Source: Eledone cirrhosa (Eukaryota). Taken from it: a DNA stretch of 64,000 bases. Position numbers and translations under genes: made by a program. Under the pieces are notes generated by a model. It did not search any database. It worked only from the letters and a program-made list of their open reading frames with translations, and was not told the origin of the DNA. The first letter of the stretch is position 1, and every line of letters begins with the position of its first letter. The stretch spans positions 27,466,001 to 27,530,000 of the forward strand of contig OZ024746.1 of NCBI GenBank assembly GCA_964016885.1. The letters are read 5' to 3'. Of this stretch, positions 1 to 16,147 are shown piece by piece.

Positions 1-75
1 TCAACATTCCCTTTACATCATCATTAATAACCTTCTTAAGATACACTGCCATCCAAAATCTGTGAGTTAGTTAGC

Positions 76-208
76 ATAATTGTTTCTACTTTGGGCACAA
101 GGCCAGCAATCACCCAGTGCATTACTGGTACTTTATTTTATCGACCCCGTAAGGATGAAAGGCAAAGTTAACCTCGGCGGGATTTGAACTCAGAATGGCA
201 AGGGCTGG
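76..208 (-). mobile_element. tRNA-derived SINE, 5'-truncated, with 15-bp TSD
   Basis: Matches 18951-19136. TSD gttagttag(c/t)ataat at 66-80 and 209-223. Confidence 0.85.
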
Positions 209-698
209 GTTAGTTAGTATAATATATATTAGTTTACAACGGTACAAAGCCGGAAAAATACTTGAATGCAAAAGCAATTATTCAATCTCTAGAAGTCTTC
301 AATTATACCCACATTAATGTTCTATTTTGAGACGGTGCTGCTATTGTACATACAAACATCCTAAATATCCTCCTGAACATTGGCATAATTTCACTGACAC
401 ATGGTCAAGCCTCAGGCCCATAGGCGTTCGGTCGCTCCACTCTCTGACAATTCTAGGTCTACTATAATGGTCATTGCTTTTTTGAGGTGTCTGTTCTCGT
501 GCTACACCCACCCTCAGCTCCTGATATATGTCGTATTGCAGTCGTCGGGATATATGCTATGATTTCGGTATTTTTAAACTTAGCAAAGTCCATCGACCTC
601 CCTCGACCTATAGGCGACGATTTCTTCCATCGAGAAAGGGTTAGAGAAAGAATGGGAGAGATAGATACATAGAGAGGCAGATAGATAGCTAGATAGAT

Positions 699-814
<116 letters not shown>

Positions 815-1175
815 CGAGCGAGTAATTGAACTAGTACTTAATTGGTACTTTATTTGTCGAACTTAGAATGTTAAACAGCAACGGAAATTGACCTTAGGGC
901 GCAGAGAGCAAGAACGAAAACATGCAATATATTTTTTAACTCGCTCTTTAATTAATCTTCCAATTCAACGCTTTATAACCGTAACTGTTTTTTTTCCATT
1001 TCAGGTAGACGCAATCGATCATCCACTTTTCTAAAACAATAAATCATACTCAAAACGCCAGCACCAACAGTTTTCCAAGATATGTCAACATGAATGGACC
1101 TGTTATTTTTATCTAAAGAGATTTTTTCCAATACCAACCCGCCCGCCACTTCAATCTATCTCATTTCTCATTCTT

Positions 1176-1211
1176 TCTTCTGATGAAGGACTAGCGTCCG
1201 AAACATTAAGA
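1176..1211 (+). ncRNA. Minimal hammerhead-like motif
   Basis: tctt-CTGATGA-a ggac tagc gtcc-GAAA-catt-aaga. Stem III looks like ACGT altered by CpG decay (inference). Confidence 0.6.
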
Positions 1212-1739
1212 CCCTCTTCCTGCTATTTCAAGCGTTAACCTAATATATTCCTTCCAATTGTGTTGTTATTTCTGGTTTTTCTTTTACACACACAGACACA
1301 CACATATATACACGCATATATCTACACAACTATATTATCAACTGATGAAAACCAGCATTGACAAGTTTGAAGCGATACTGCGGAGGGGGAAATGTTAAAA
1401 ACTATTTGAAATAATAAACCCTAACATCTTAATATTAGATGTAACCACAGTAAATTTTCCATAAAATAAATTACAAAGACCAAGAAAAAACAATACGTTT
1501 TACCAAATATAATCAACACATTATACATTAAATAAAGTATATTTACTTTACAACACTTTTTCAGATTTTCTCTAATTCAAACTAATTTTTAGTAAAACTG
1601 AATTGAATTTTCTCATTTTGTAATTCCATTTCTTCAATTTATATTCGTATGTAACTCATTATCTCATTTACTGTAATCCTATTTCAATAAACTTCTCTTC
1701 TCCACTTTCAAATTTCTTTTACATACATATCTCTCTCTC

Positions 1740-1836
<97 letters not shown>

Positions 1837-1919
1837 CATCCATCTATCTATCTATCTACCTAACAATCCACCTATTCCTATATATATACATCTCTGTATA
1901 TATATATATATATATATAA

Positions 1920-2029
<110 letters not shown>

Positions 2030-2072
2030 AAGCAAACACAGGGATACAAAAATACAAAGTTTATTAGGATCA

Positions 2073-2120
<48 letters not shown>

Positions 2121-2289
2121 GACATTCTATATTGTATATAATTTTAATAATAGTTTAGAAAGTGCCGTTCGAACGGAGGTGTTAATTCAATATGAGTGTA
2201 TATAATCTATTTTATAATCTATTTTGAAGTTCTACGCCAAAGAAACTAGGATATATATATATATGGTGAACTAACTGTTGTGTAAACAC

Positions 2290-2394
<105 letters not shown>

Positions 2395-2666
2395 CATATG
2401 TATATGTGAGTGTGTGCGTGTATATATATGAAATTAGTTAATGTACAATATTTAGCCATGTTTGCCTCATCGAAATGTAGAATTAAGAAGAGAAAAATCC
2501 ATTAAATGTTGTGAATAATGTGGTTTATTGATGAATAGAATATTATACAAACATATACAGCACTTATGTAAGCATATTAACACAACCATTCTATTACTCA
2601 TCAACACACATATACACACACACATATATATATACACACACACATATATACATACATATACACATA

Positions 2667-2712
<46 letters not shown>

Positions 2713-2792
2713 TAAATATGTATATGTATAACTAAAAACCCTAAATCATCCTTATAACTATGATAGTGATAAATAGGAATGTTTATATATAT

Positions 2793-2913
<121 letters not shown>

Positions 2914-2965
2914 GGAAACAATGAAACGAAATTTCATTTCCCACTCTTAGTACGGCTGTTACTTA

Positions 2966-3056
2966 AATATAAGTATGTATACGTACATACATATATGTAT
3001 ACAGACGTACAGTAGTCTGTATATATATAGTATGTACGTATACATACTTATATATA
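2966..3056. repeat. Palindromic dispersed repeat (second partial copy ~50690-50750)
   Basis: ataagtatgtatacgtacatac...acagacgtacagtagt...gtatgtacgtatacatacttat. Confidence 0.65.
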
Positions 3057-3108
3057 TATATATTCTCTATTGAGAGAGAGAGAGAGGGAGAGAGAGAGAA
3101 ATAGAGAT

Positions 3109-3183
<75 letters not shown>

Positions 3184-5445
3184 TAATAAAACATTATAAA
3201 AATGACTATCTGTAATTGATTTATCAATACCCTTCTTCGAGAAGAGATTTCTGAATTCTAAGAAACTGGTGTTGTGTTATCTTTGAATGTTTAATTATGA
3301 ATGAAGTCGTATATCTTCGAGTTAGGAAATAAGAGTTGTTCTGAAGAAAAATAAAAACATACATTTTTTATAAGTACATCACAGATCATTGGTTTATAGT
3401 TTACCTACAAATCCTCAAAAGAACATGAGGTGTCACCATGGTTAAATGATTAGGTTGTTCATCTTCCAACCTCAGCGGACCAATCTTTGATAAAGTCTCT
3501 TTTCTTATAGATTGAGGTAGACTGAAATCTTGAGAGTTAAATTAGGTGGACAGAAAGGGCGCGGAAGTACAGTTGGCTTCACCTGTTACTGTAATTAATA
3601 AACGTAGTCCTGTCTTTCTGTGTGTCACGGGAAATTACATTTTTTAAGGTACAGGTTTCTAAAAAATATTCAGCCACTTGTTTATCAGTTTACTGGGTAT
3701 GAAACCTTTCTGTTGACCGAACAATTTAACGCTGGTCTTCGAAACAGACGAAGGTTCATTTACGCCTATTGAAGAAAATACGTAACTAAATAGAATGTTA
3801 ACTTATAGTTGAACATAAAAGGAGTCACTAAATTTTAATAATCACTCCGTCGACTACAACGATGAGCATTTAGGAAATTGATTAACTGAATATTAACTCA
3901 TGAAGTAACGTGTAAGTGGTTGAGTATTTCACTATCACTGAAGAGAAACAACATTATTCTGAGGAAGTGTACGTCTGTTGCACATGGGTAGAAATACAGT
4001 CAATTGGCAGGTAATGATGTTAAACTTGGTGACGGGTCATTTTTACCTAAATAAACAGTAATGGTACCCCCTGACAGCCTACTAACAAACAGGTTCTGCC
4101 CATTAAATTACACTCAAAAAGATTTGTTAACCCTGGGTCAATTGTGAAATTCATTTACTTAAACTTCGAGCAGTGAGACTGTACATCAAATCGCGTTGTT
4201 GCGAGGCAAGTTTTATATACACTTGGCGATGCTTATAATCATGAAAGTATGTTACAAAATGTATTCTAATTTATTGATTTTGCACCGCCGCCCGCAGTGC
4301 AGAGGAGAGGAAGGTAAACAAATACTGGGGTTTGACCGACCGCTTCCTTTTTTTATTGGTTACCGTTGCACTGCGGATTTACTCGGAAAGACAGCAATTC
4401 ACCTGAGGAAAGAGATCCTTGTGGTGGGTTGGTTGTTTCAGCTGGAGTTACAGGCCATTCTTTGAATATATCTGCAGGGCAAAGCCGAATCACCACTCAG
4501 ACAGTGTGTAGAGTCTATCCCCCCCCCCTCTCAATTTCTTTCGTTGCTTAATTCTCTTTTCTTCATATTTCTATTTTTTGTTTCATGTAAATATTCTTGA
4601 AAAAATGTATTATAGTATAGCTGCAGAACTATAGAAGTGGTGAGAGTCAGGATTTTCAAGCGTAATACACTTATTCAAACTAGTTGAATACGTTATGTAA
4701 TATAATAAATTATACATCACTTTCCCTACGTATTGAGATGTGTTTCTTTGGTTTGCGCAGCTGAAAATAGTATAATAATAATTGGTATTTCTTAATGCAA
4801 CAACTTAGATGTGAAACCCAACGACTGGTCGCCACTCTCCCCTATTCAAATGTAAAATAAGCGGATATTGACTGCATGAGTAATGCGAGGGGAAAAAAAG
4901 GACTGAATCTGGCTCAATTTAGTTGTGACGTGAAATGTTTAACCACGAATGACATCATTTAGTAAAATGCACACAAAATGTGTTATTTTTATGTTTATTG
5001 GTTAATTGCATATTTAATAAACTTGGATATAAAATGAAACGACGTTTCTTAGCTCTAAGCTCTCTGCTCTCTTCATTCAATATCAAGCGAGGCTTCTAAA
5101 GGTAATATCAGCAGATATTGACTGTGTAAAGCAATATAACAATACTATGTGATGCAAATACAATATATATTTGACTTCCGAAAATGCTATACTGATCACT
5201 AATTACATTGTAATTATTCCTCTGCAATATCCCTTTAGGATAAACGGCTGTAATATTCCTGTAGGGTCGATGAAAGATATTTCAACGACATCTAGTAAAT
5301 ACACAATGAGAGATAGAGAGACAGAGAAAAAAGAAAAGATAGACAGATATATAACAGATAGCACTTAATGGGTGTATATATATATATATGTGTGTGTACA
5401 TATATATTTACAGAGAGAGAGGGGAGAGAGAGAGAAAGAGAGAGA

Positions 5446-5531
<86 letters not shown>

Positions 5532-5791
5532 TAGATCGGGGAGAGAGAAAGAGGGAAGAATAATAACATCTCAATTAGACGAGGACTAATTATTTCAATG
5601 TCTGAAAACTTATTAAGTGGAACATACATATTTATAACACAATTGTGACCAATTAAAAGAATTAACGCATTCAATCTATTTCTACAGTGGAATTCTGTAT
5701 CTAGATATTTCGTAGAACGTTGCAGACCTGAATTCTAAAGACTATGATTAAGACATATATCAGAATATGAATAGCTATTATATATATATAT

Positions 5792-6197
5792 GTAGGAGGT
5801 GAGTTTTATTGTAGCACAATAAAGCAATGCAAATATCGGATAAGTAGCACTCAACAGTTTATTGGACTGGAGTATATATAAGAAGAAATTAAAAGATGGT
5901 TAAAAAAGTTCCACGTATTTTATTATGCGCATTTCAAAAACAAATATCATCCAGGGACGATATTTGCGTTCTCATCAGATAAAATAGGGAGACATGATAT
6001 GAAGCTTAAAAAAGACACTTGTGAGCAAAGTAGTGTCTAAACAACATATCAACAAGTGTCTTTTTTAAACTTCATATCATGTCTCCCTATTTTATCTGAT
6101 GAGAACGCAAATATCGTCCCTGGATGATATTTGTTTTTGAAATGCGCATAATAAAATACGTGGAACTTTTTTAACCATCTTTTAATTTCTTCTTCTT
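5792..6197. mobile_element. Fold-back element with hammerhead motif (Penelope pLTR-like) between (TA)n tracts
   Basis: Near-perfect inverted arms 5880-6022 and 6052-6194, 29-nt loop, one arm extended. Hammerhead motif in both arms. Confidence 0.8.
6088..6158 (+). ncRNA. Type I hammerhead ribozyme motif (mirror copy on minus strand 5916-5986)
   Basis: tattttat-CTGATGA-[long stem II caaatatc/gatatttg]-GAAA-tgcgca-TA-ataaaata. 8-bp stem I and palindromic minimal stem III. Confidence 0.8.
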
Positions 6198-6285
6198 ATA
6201 TATATATATATATATATACTATCCACACTCTACTCTGTTGAATATTGAGTGCTAATTTTGGCATACCGTTACCATTATACACAAG

Positions 6286-6366
<81 letters not shown>

Positions 6367-6655
6367 TAGAAATAGATTGACATACATATATATAAAATAA
6401 ACATATGAAACAATCACAGGGAATAATTTGTAAAGTGTGTAAGCACACACAGCTAGGTAGGTAACCAATTAAAGTTTAACTAGAACTTAAAATATAGATA
6501 CCTTTTAAAATGATTAATCTCCTTTGTATATATTTCTTTAAATAAAAAACATATTTCACCAATTATTCGGTAAATCACGGATATGGCGCATGTCTCTCAG
6601 ACATGACAACCTTTTATTTAATTTTGTATGTATATATATATATATATATATATAT

Positions 6656-7403
6656 AAATGAGCGGAGCAAGCAATTATCAAACAATCTTTTAAATAAATT
6701 AAAAAACTATTTAAATATTCACCTGTTCTATTGCTGTTACCGACGGTTTCACTAATCAAAAGATTGGAAATCCAGAGAATTTCCAATGGAAAGCATTAGA
6801 TCTTCAGACAGCTATTTCCATACCATAAGGGTGCAAACCTCATAGTAAGTCAATATTTCGCTTACTGCCCGAAGCATGCGGTCAAGCCGTTGAAGTGACG
6901 CACACGCAAAATTAGGCCACAAGTAAAAGCGGGTTATTATAAGCTTGCTGATCATGCCGCTAAAAATAGCAGCGCGATACAACGTTTTGTTCTCTACACA
7001 AGGAGCAAAATTATAAAAGGGTATGGATATTCCAACAGGCACTGGGTACCTACAGAAATATGCATGGTGTTTATAATAGTTGTGGTTCGATGGTACTAAT
7101 TTGAGATACCAGAACTATAAAAATGAGCGGAGCAAGCAATTATCAAACAATCTTTTAAATAAATTAAAAAACGATTTAAATATTCACCTCTGGATTTCCA
7201 ATCTTTTGATTAGTGAACCGTCGGTAAAAGCAATAGAACAGGTGAATATTTAAATCGTTTTTTAATTTATTTAAAAGATTGTTTGATAATTGCTTGCTCC
7301 GCTCATTTTTATAGTTCTGGTATCTCAAATTAGTACCATCGAACCACAACTATTATAAACACCATGCATATTTCTGTAGGTACCCTGTTGGAATATCCAT
7401 ACC

Positions 7404-7410
<7 letters not shown>
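6656..7410 (-). mobile_element. Hammerhead-containing 465-bp partial tandem plus inverted segment (retrozyme / non-autonomous Penelope-like)
   Basis: 6656-6724 repeats directly at 7121-7189. 7189-7410 is the reverse complement of part of the unit. (TA)n on both sides. Confidence 0.75.
6733..6812 (-). ncRNA. Type I hammerhead ribozyme motif
   Basis: Minus strand gctgt-CTGAAGA-tctaat..ttggaaat/atttccaa..attagt-GAAA-ccgtcgg-TA-acagc. Confidence 0.75.
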
Positions 7411-7443
<33 letters not shown>

Positions 7444-8068
7444 CCATTTCTATATTAAATATTTATACTCTGCTATGTATTGAGTACCTTACTTACTGTG
7501 GTTACCCCCGATTGAATCCGAGATACACACACATACACACATATATATTACCCACTCTAATACTCTAAGTATCGAGTACTCTGGGGTGTTATGGTCCACC
7601 TGGTATCTTACCACACTTTCTTTGTTATATATATATATATATATATATAGCCATTGGCTGCCTCGCCAGTGGGAGGGCCCCTTGGAGAAACGGCATACCT
7701 ACGGAAGTTCTGAAGCGCGGGAAACCTGCGCTGCTCCAGCCCCTGCACGCACTCTTCTGTCGATGCTTGGAGAGGGGACACATACCCGAGTTGTCCTGGT
7801 TCGTCTGCAGACCCTCGTCTCCCGCATCTACCCTGAGTCTCAGTGCGGCTTCTGTGGTTACTAGCTATGCGTGGTTACACGCGAGCAAAAATTATCTCCT
7901 GTGATTATTCATGTATATTTATATGTTAATCAACCTCTAGTTATTATAATATGCTCGGATGTATCTTTGAGCTTAAATTCCCAGGATATATGGCGCATGC
8001 AAGATGACATGACACCCATGATTTCGATTTCGATTAAATTCATTTAATTCATTTTATCTTAATTTTGG

Positions 8069-8103
<35 letters not shown>

Positions 8104-8729
8104 ATGGTGTATATATTATATATATATATATAATAAGGACAGATTAAAATTTAAGCAAAGAATCGCTGCTTTCACCCTTAACTAGATATTCTGAAAGATA
8201 TATAATCCTTATCGAGCCCTTTTAGTCTTCACAATTATTATTACTATATATATATATAAACAATGACAGCGTGAAGCAGAAATGATGAAATGTGGTTTTT
8301 CACGTAAGGTTATTATAACTCTGACAATTTGGGAATCAATCTTCTTCAGAATTTTATTGAAGAAGGAGAAAAGTCATTTACAATTAGTTTCAGAGAATGC
8401 CTGATCGGCTAATTAGGTTCTTTTATATCATTAACATTTACAGCTGTGTGATTATGCATATCTTATGATGGAATAATGTTACAATAACGATTCCTGCTTA
8501 GCTCTATCATGCTATAATAATGGAAGGTATACGTTAGAAGATATGAATAATAGATCAATGTTTTATCTCGAGATGTGAACACTTTGCTGCTCTGTTGATT
8601 CTTTTCTGTTGCTGTGCTGAGAAACAATACGAGAAAATAAATTGACTTTATGTGCTAGTTGTTGTTTTTGCTGTTCTTGTTATTGCTCTTGTTGCTGGCC
8701 TTCTTCAAACACACACAGATACACATATA

Positions 8730-9255
<526 letters not shown>

Positions 9256-10459
9256 TAATTCAAAGTATCATAACATATATAATATCTATGATGAATATGT
9301 TTCTCAGTGAACATGTTCAATAGACTTTTGTCCAGAGCATCAATAATTCAAATATTAAAAGATATATATATATATAGCCATATGTTAATCACATATATTT
9401 ATACCCTGATTGGCTGAAAATATCATGTTTGAGCTTTTCTCAAAAACAGGTCAACATGCTCACTTCTTCATGTCTTCGTCAGAAATTTTGTTTTATTTGG
9501 TAGTAAAGGACGTTTACTGTCAACTTGAAATATATTTATAGAAATAGATCTCATTGACACAACGGGAGTGAAATATGTACAAGATTCTGCTATATATTTT
9601 TTTTTACAAGTATACAATAAACAAACTATTTGTATCTATAAAAGTATTTGCTCATATGGCGTAAAGCTTGTTCGAGTAATTTAAATTTCACTAACAGGCA
9701 TGTATTGTCATATGAAACGTTTCGAGTTTGATTGCTAGCTAATTTCATTGCAGCATAGAACTCCCCAACTAATAATTACTCATTATAGATTCAAAACGGT
9801 ATAATTAGAGGAAATAATACAATGAAGTCCAATATTTCAGATTAGATTTCGAGCATAAAAGAAGAAAACAAATAAAGAAAATGAAAACGCACAAACAATA
9901 ATAAATAAAACAGAAATATTCGACCGAACAAGGTTTTAGAAATATGATAGCAAGGAAATTTGTATAGAGAAGACGTTTTGTTCCCAGCCAATTATTTGCC
10001 AATATAATGAGTAGTTTTGCGTGAATATTTAATATAGTTATTTGTATGATAACTAGTTAGAAATAGGAAACCATTTACAATTATGGAGACCGGTTTGCTT
10101 ACTCTTTCTGTTGCTTATTGTTTGATTAGTTTCTTTAGTTTCCAATATCAGTCCACGCAACCAGCCCATTTGTTCCATTTCAAACATTAAATGTGCTAAG
10201 CTTAAATTTTAATGATTATTTCGCTAATGAAGAAAAATAGGGATATCTCATTTTTTTAAAACATTGCACGAAAAAATAAAAGTTCTGACAATAATAGACC
10301 TATAATTAATTATCACCTTGGTTGTTAAGAATGTATAATATCATGTTTAGTCAACATCAATTGTATTGTTATCAATGGCTTTGCACTTCTTCTCACACGT
10401 TTATATGTTATATCTATATTCTCTGACTGGTTTATGTATTTGAAATTATTCCATACATG

Positions 10460-11200
<741 letters not shown>

Positions 11201-13238
11201 TATCGATCGATGATAAGGACCAAAATCATATCATTTTGCTGTTGTCGTTGCAGCTCATACCTATGTAGATTTAGCTGGCCGTATCAGGTTGCATCTCATA
11301 GAAGGTTTCGGGGGTATTTTAATGACAGGTCTCTCCAGCATGCGAGTGTGTTTATGCCTGTATGTGTGTTTGTTTGTGTGTGTGTGTATGTGTGTGTGTT
11401 ATGTGTGTGTATATGTGTGCGTGTGTGTATGTGTGTGTGTGTGGGGGGGGGGTGTATGTGTGTGTGCAAGTGAACTGCATACGTATTTGGTTCACGTGTG
11501 ATGTGTATACGAAGTTTGTCCTGTAATAATGACGTGTATGGTGTATAGAGGATACATGTATACATGTGCTCTTGTGTGCGTGTGTGTGTGCGTGTGTGTG
11601 TGTGTGTGTGTATGTGTGTGTGTATGTATGTGTGTATGTGTGTGTGAGTGTTTGTGTTGTACTCTTTCTGTTTTATTCTAATTTTTTTTCGTTTGTTTGT
11701 TTTAGTTTTGGTTGGTTCCAACATTAGAACATTTGTTTTTGTTTGTGTCTGTGTTTGTCTGTATGTATGTCTGTTGATTTTTGTGTGTGTATGTACATGT
11801 GTGTAAGTGGTTTGCGGGAGTATGTGGCTTCATGTGTATTCAGTATACAAAGTCATTTGCATTAAGATTAAAACACCGCATTTATTAACCAACAGAAGTA
11901 TACAGTAATGAAAGTATATAAAAAGAGGACTAAAACACTAAACAGGAATAGAGAAGAAGAAAAAAGGAGGAGAAAGTAAATAATGAGTAAAGAGGATTGT
12001 ACACCCACAAATTTCAAAACTTTTACTGAAATCTTTTCCACATCTACAAGAATCAAACGTTGGCCTTTATCATAAACCTCTCGTCAACATTACTGTCATC
12101 AGCATTATCATTATCAGCATCATCCACCATCAGCTTTCTCTCCATCGTCACATTATCTGTTCAAGATAATGGTGATTATTATCATTAATACTCTCACCAT
12201 CACCTTCATTATTCCTTCCCTCAAAGCTACCAGCAGTTTCACTTCCCGCATCACCACCACCATCCCTCTCATCCCCATCATCACCATTCTCGCCATGACT
12301 ACCATCATCCTTATTATCACCATCACGGTTATCATTCTCACCATCATTAACACCATTATTACCAACAACACCAAAAGCTACATCATTGTCATACATGAAA
12401 AGAAAAATATACTTTTACCCCTCTACTCTACGTGCCGGAAGGTATATCATAAAAAATGGCACCTTCTATCGAAAATTGCCTTCGTCATGTCGTGGAAAGA
12501 GAAATAAATATGATATGAAAATATAAAAAAAAATATAAAATAATCCAACTTTACTAAATACGAAAATTAGACACAAAAAAGAATCCCTTCAACAACAACA
12601 ACGATTACAATCTGAGAAACACCACTAACAACACACAACAGCATCAGCAGCCCCAGAAATACATCCAACAAAACACAACAAGAAACACAAAAGCACCACC
12701 AACAACAACACGCAACAACAACAACAACAATCTCAGAAACATCACTAACAACACACAACAACAGCAACCACAACAACGCCACAAACAATACACAACAACA
12801 AAAACACCACCAACAATATACAACAACAGCCACAAAATCACAACCACAAAGCGACAACAACAACAATACACAACAACTACCACACAATCACAACCACAAA
12901 ACGACAACAACAACAAAAACACCACTAACAATACTCAACAACTACCACAAAAACACTACACAACAATACACAACAGCAACAACAACAAAAAACACCGCCG
13001 AAAACACTACCCACAACAACCACAAAAGCTCCACCATCAACAACAACACACAACAACAACCTCAGAAACATCACTAACAACACACAACAGCAACAGGAAA
13101 CACAACAGCACCAAAAGCAGTATTTCAGAATGAGAATGATATGAAAGGAATACTTAAAAATTCCCGCTGATATCAAAACGTAACAGTCCATATAACAACA
13201 ACAAAAACTACAACAACAATTATGCAAGAAAATGATGT

Positions 13239-13269
<31 letters not shown>

Positions 13270-13459
13270 AGTTTCTGACGCTCTTAGCAATATTTGATGC
13301 TATTTCTATTAGGTGTAGTATGGTTTCATGAATGACATCTTGCCTTAAAGAAACTATCAGAGACTTATTTGCTAAAATACTAATAGAAATGATAACGATA
13401 ATAATGTTTTTCTCGTTCTTATTGTTGTTGTTGATGATGATGATGATAACAGCAGCAGC

Positions 13460-13522
<63 letters not shown>

Positions 13523-13564
13523 AATAATAATAATGACAACAATAATAATAATCCCCCCCCCCCC

Positions 13565-14160
13565 GTAAGGTTTCTCTAGTAATCGGTTGCTAGGTGCAGC
13601 GTGTTAATTGGCCTCAGATCAGTTCCTGATCTCAGACGCTCAATATATTGTATAGGTTTCTGGTAGAGCTGGTGATGGTAGAAATGTCAGCACTGCTTAT
13701 GAAGTCGGGTATCCCAAGCCTTTTGATGAAAGACATAATGCGTTTAGGGACAGCGCCCAGCGCCCCAATGACGATTGGCGCGACTTCTACATGGTGATCA
13801 GTTCTGGTAGCGCCAGCAAGGTCTGCACACTTAATGATTTTTTCTACTTCGTTTTCAATCATATTCTGGTCTTGAAGCATCGCAATATCAATTAGAATCT
13901 ATTTTGATGGGTTGTTACAACAATATCAGGGCGTTGGGTTGGACTTTGTTTGTGGTCTTGATCACAAGGTCCCAAAATAATTCTACTCCATCCCCTGATA
14001 GAGAGGATTCAAGAGGAATATGTTTGTACCGCTGACATTGCGTTTCTATGTTTCTGCACAACTTCGAAAGGATTCTTTTTTGCTATAAGTTAAAGACGGA
14101 TTTTATAACGTCTTTTTGTTAATTGCTCACATCCATTAGCAATATGTGTTGGGAGCAATT
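13565..14160 (-). mobile_element. Second RLE-type non-LTR 3' fragment, opposite strand
   Basis: Minus strand reads ILGPCD/QRPDIVV-like segments, DIAM, EKIIKCADLA, VAPIVIGALGAVPK. Confidence 0.72.
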
Positions 14161-14224
14161 TTGTCTATCGATGTTAGCTTTCACTCAATTCGAGTGCTAT
14201 TTTTAGCTCAACCTGACGTAAGCT

Positions 14225-14890
14225 AAAGCCAAGACCTAGGATCAGCAATGTCAGTGAATTATCCATTTTATAGGCTGTGTGGTGAGAAAGGTGAGACAAT
14301 AAACCACAGTATTAGTGAATGTAAGATGCTTGCTTAGAAAGAGTACAAGAGATGGCACGACAACATTGCTAGACTGATTCCTTGGAAGCTCTGTCATAAG
14401 TATGACATGAACAGAAGTTAGAAATGGTATGGACACCAACTGGAAAAGGTGGCTGAGAATGAACATTATAAGATCTTGTGGGACACGACCATCCAGTGCA
14501 ACCATTTTATCGTGGCTAGAAAGCGTGGATATTGTGGATATTGTGGATATTGCTTCACCGTGGGACCACAGGATGAATGAGAAGGAAAGTGAGAAAGTTG
14601 AGAAATACCAGAAGCTGAAGAGAGAAATCAGAAATTTGTGGAGAATCAGACACGTAGAATTGGTACCAATTGTGGTTGGAGCACTTGGAGTAGTTAGTAG
14701 AATGTTGGATGTATTGGTTGAGAAGCTAGGAATTACGATCAGGACAAGATGGGAACAACAAGAATTCTAAGAAGGTTGTCGGAAAGTTGAAGGAGAAGGA
14801 ATGAACCAAAGGACTTTTGGCCATTGGCTATGGCTCGTTCGTTTGGTATAGTGTCGGTATAACATCTGCCAGAACAAAAGTGTTACGAAT
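14225..14890 (+). mobile_element. 3' fragment of an R4/Dong-like (restriction-like endonuclease) non-LTR element
   Basis: Degenerate CCHC (RLCGEKGETINHSISECKMLA), KILWD, DIASPWD, EKVEKYQKL, VPIVVGALG. Followed by (AAT)n. Confidence 0.8.
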
Positions 14891-15099
14891 AATAATAACA
14901 ATAACAATATCTCCATAGATATTATTTTTATTAAACCAATGTAACACCGAAATTAAAGAAATTTCATGAGATTATAAGCAAGAAACGAGTCACCACGCTC
15001 AGAGGACTGGTTATAACAAGGAACACAGAAATTGGACAATTATGAGAAGATATCACAACCGAAGAAGTGTCTAACATATTGTAAAACGTAAGTAATTGA

Positions 15100-15400
15100 A
15101 GATAGGAAAACTAAAGATTGGAAAACTGGTTGGATAAAGATAGTGGGATGAAAGAATTAGATCAAACACATACATACAAATACTTAGTAATCAATGAGTT
15201 CAATACGCACACGAAAATAAAAAACGATTGGAAAGGAATACTACTTAAAACAGAAATAAATGCAATGAATAAGGCAATAGGCATCAATACTTTAGCTGTC
15301 TCATTAATAAGATATAGTTTTACTATTTTGAATGAGGCACTCTCAATTTTCCTGTGAACTACACTTCTGAATACTCAACAACTTGTATGTTAATATCACG
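15100..15400 (+). mobile_element. Decayed R4/Dong-like RT thumb fragment
   Basis: TYKYLVINE and LLKTEINAMNKAIGINTLAVSLIRYSF resemble the R4/Dong YKYLG..LNSKNKIKAINTLAVPV.YSF region. Confidence 0.6.
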
Positions 15401-15834
15401 AACATTCGGTTGATCAAATAACCGAAGCCGTCGGAGGTCTATGGTATACAAATATATGAAATGGGTTGTGTATATGCGTGTTTTTTTTATTTTCTGTTGG
15501 AAGCCTAAAGAGAGTATCTCTTTATTCTTACTGCTATTATTTATCATAAACACAACCAATACAACTATACGTAATATAATCCATTTGAATTTTATTCTCC
15601 AGTTGAAAATGTACTATATTTTAATATCTAAATTGACTTCCATTTTCCCCTGCATTATAACGACTTCTTATTATATCAACTTCGCCGACATTTCAGTTAC
15701 AATTAAATAAAGATGATGCATTTCCTTCTAAAATCATCTTCACTTACCTTCCTGTCTCAATTATGTATTTACATACGTACATAAATGTATATTTATGTAT
15801 GCAGTTATAAACACACACACACACATACACACAC

Positions 15835-16141
<307 letters not shown>

Positions 16142-16147
16142 ATATAT

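Noticed and set aside
4196-4551. Short ORFs in a moderately GC-rich stretch
   Set aside because: No recognisable domain or convincing splice structure.
7650-7900. GC-rich island, possible LINE 5' UTR or ribozyme (similar doubt for 30260-30545 and 17405-17600)
   Set aside because: No attached ORF and no complete ribozyme fold could be built by eye.
8290-8360. Minus-strand CTGAAGA hammerhead-like start
   Set aside because: GAAA and stem I are too degenerate to support a call.
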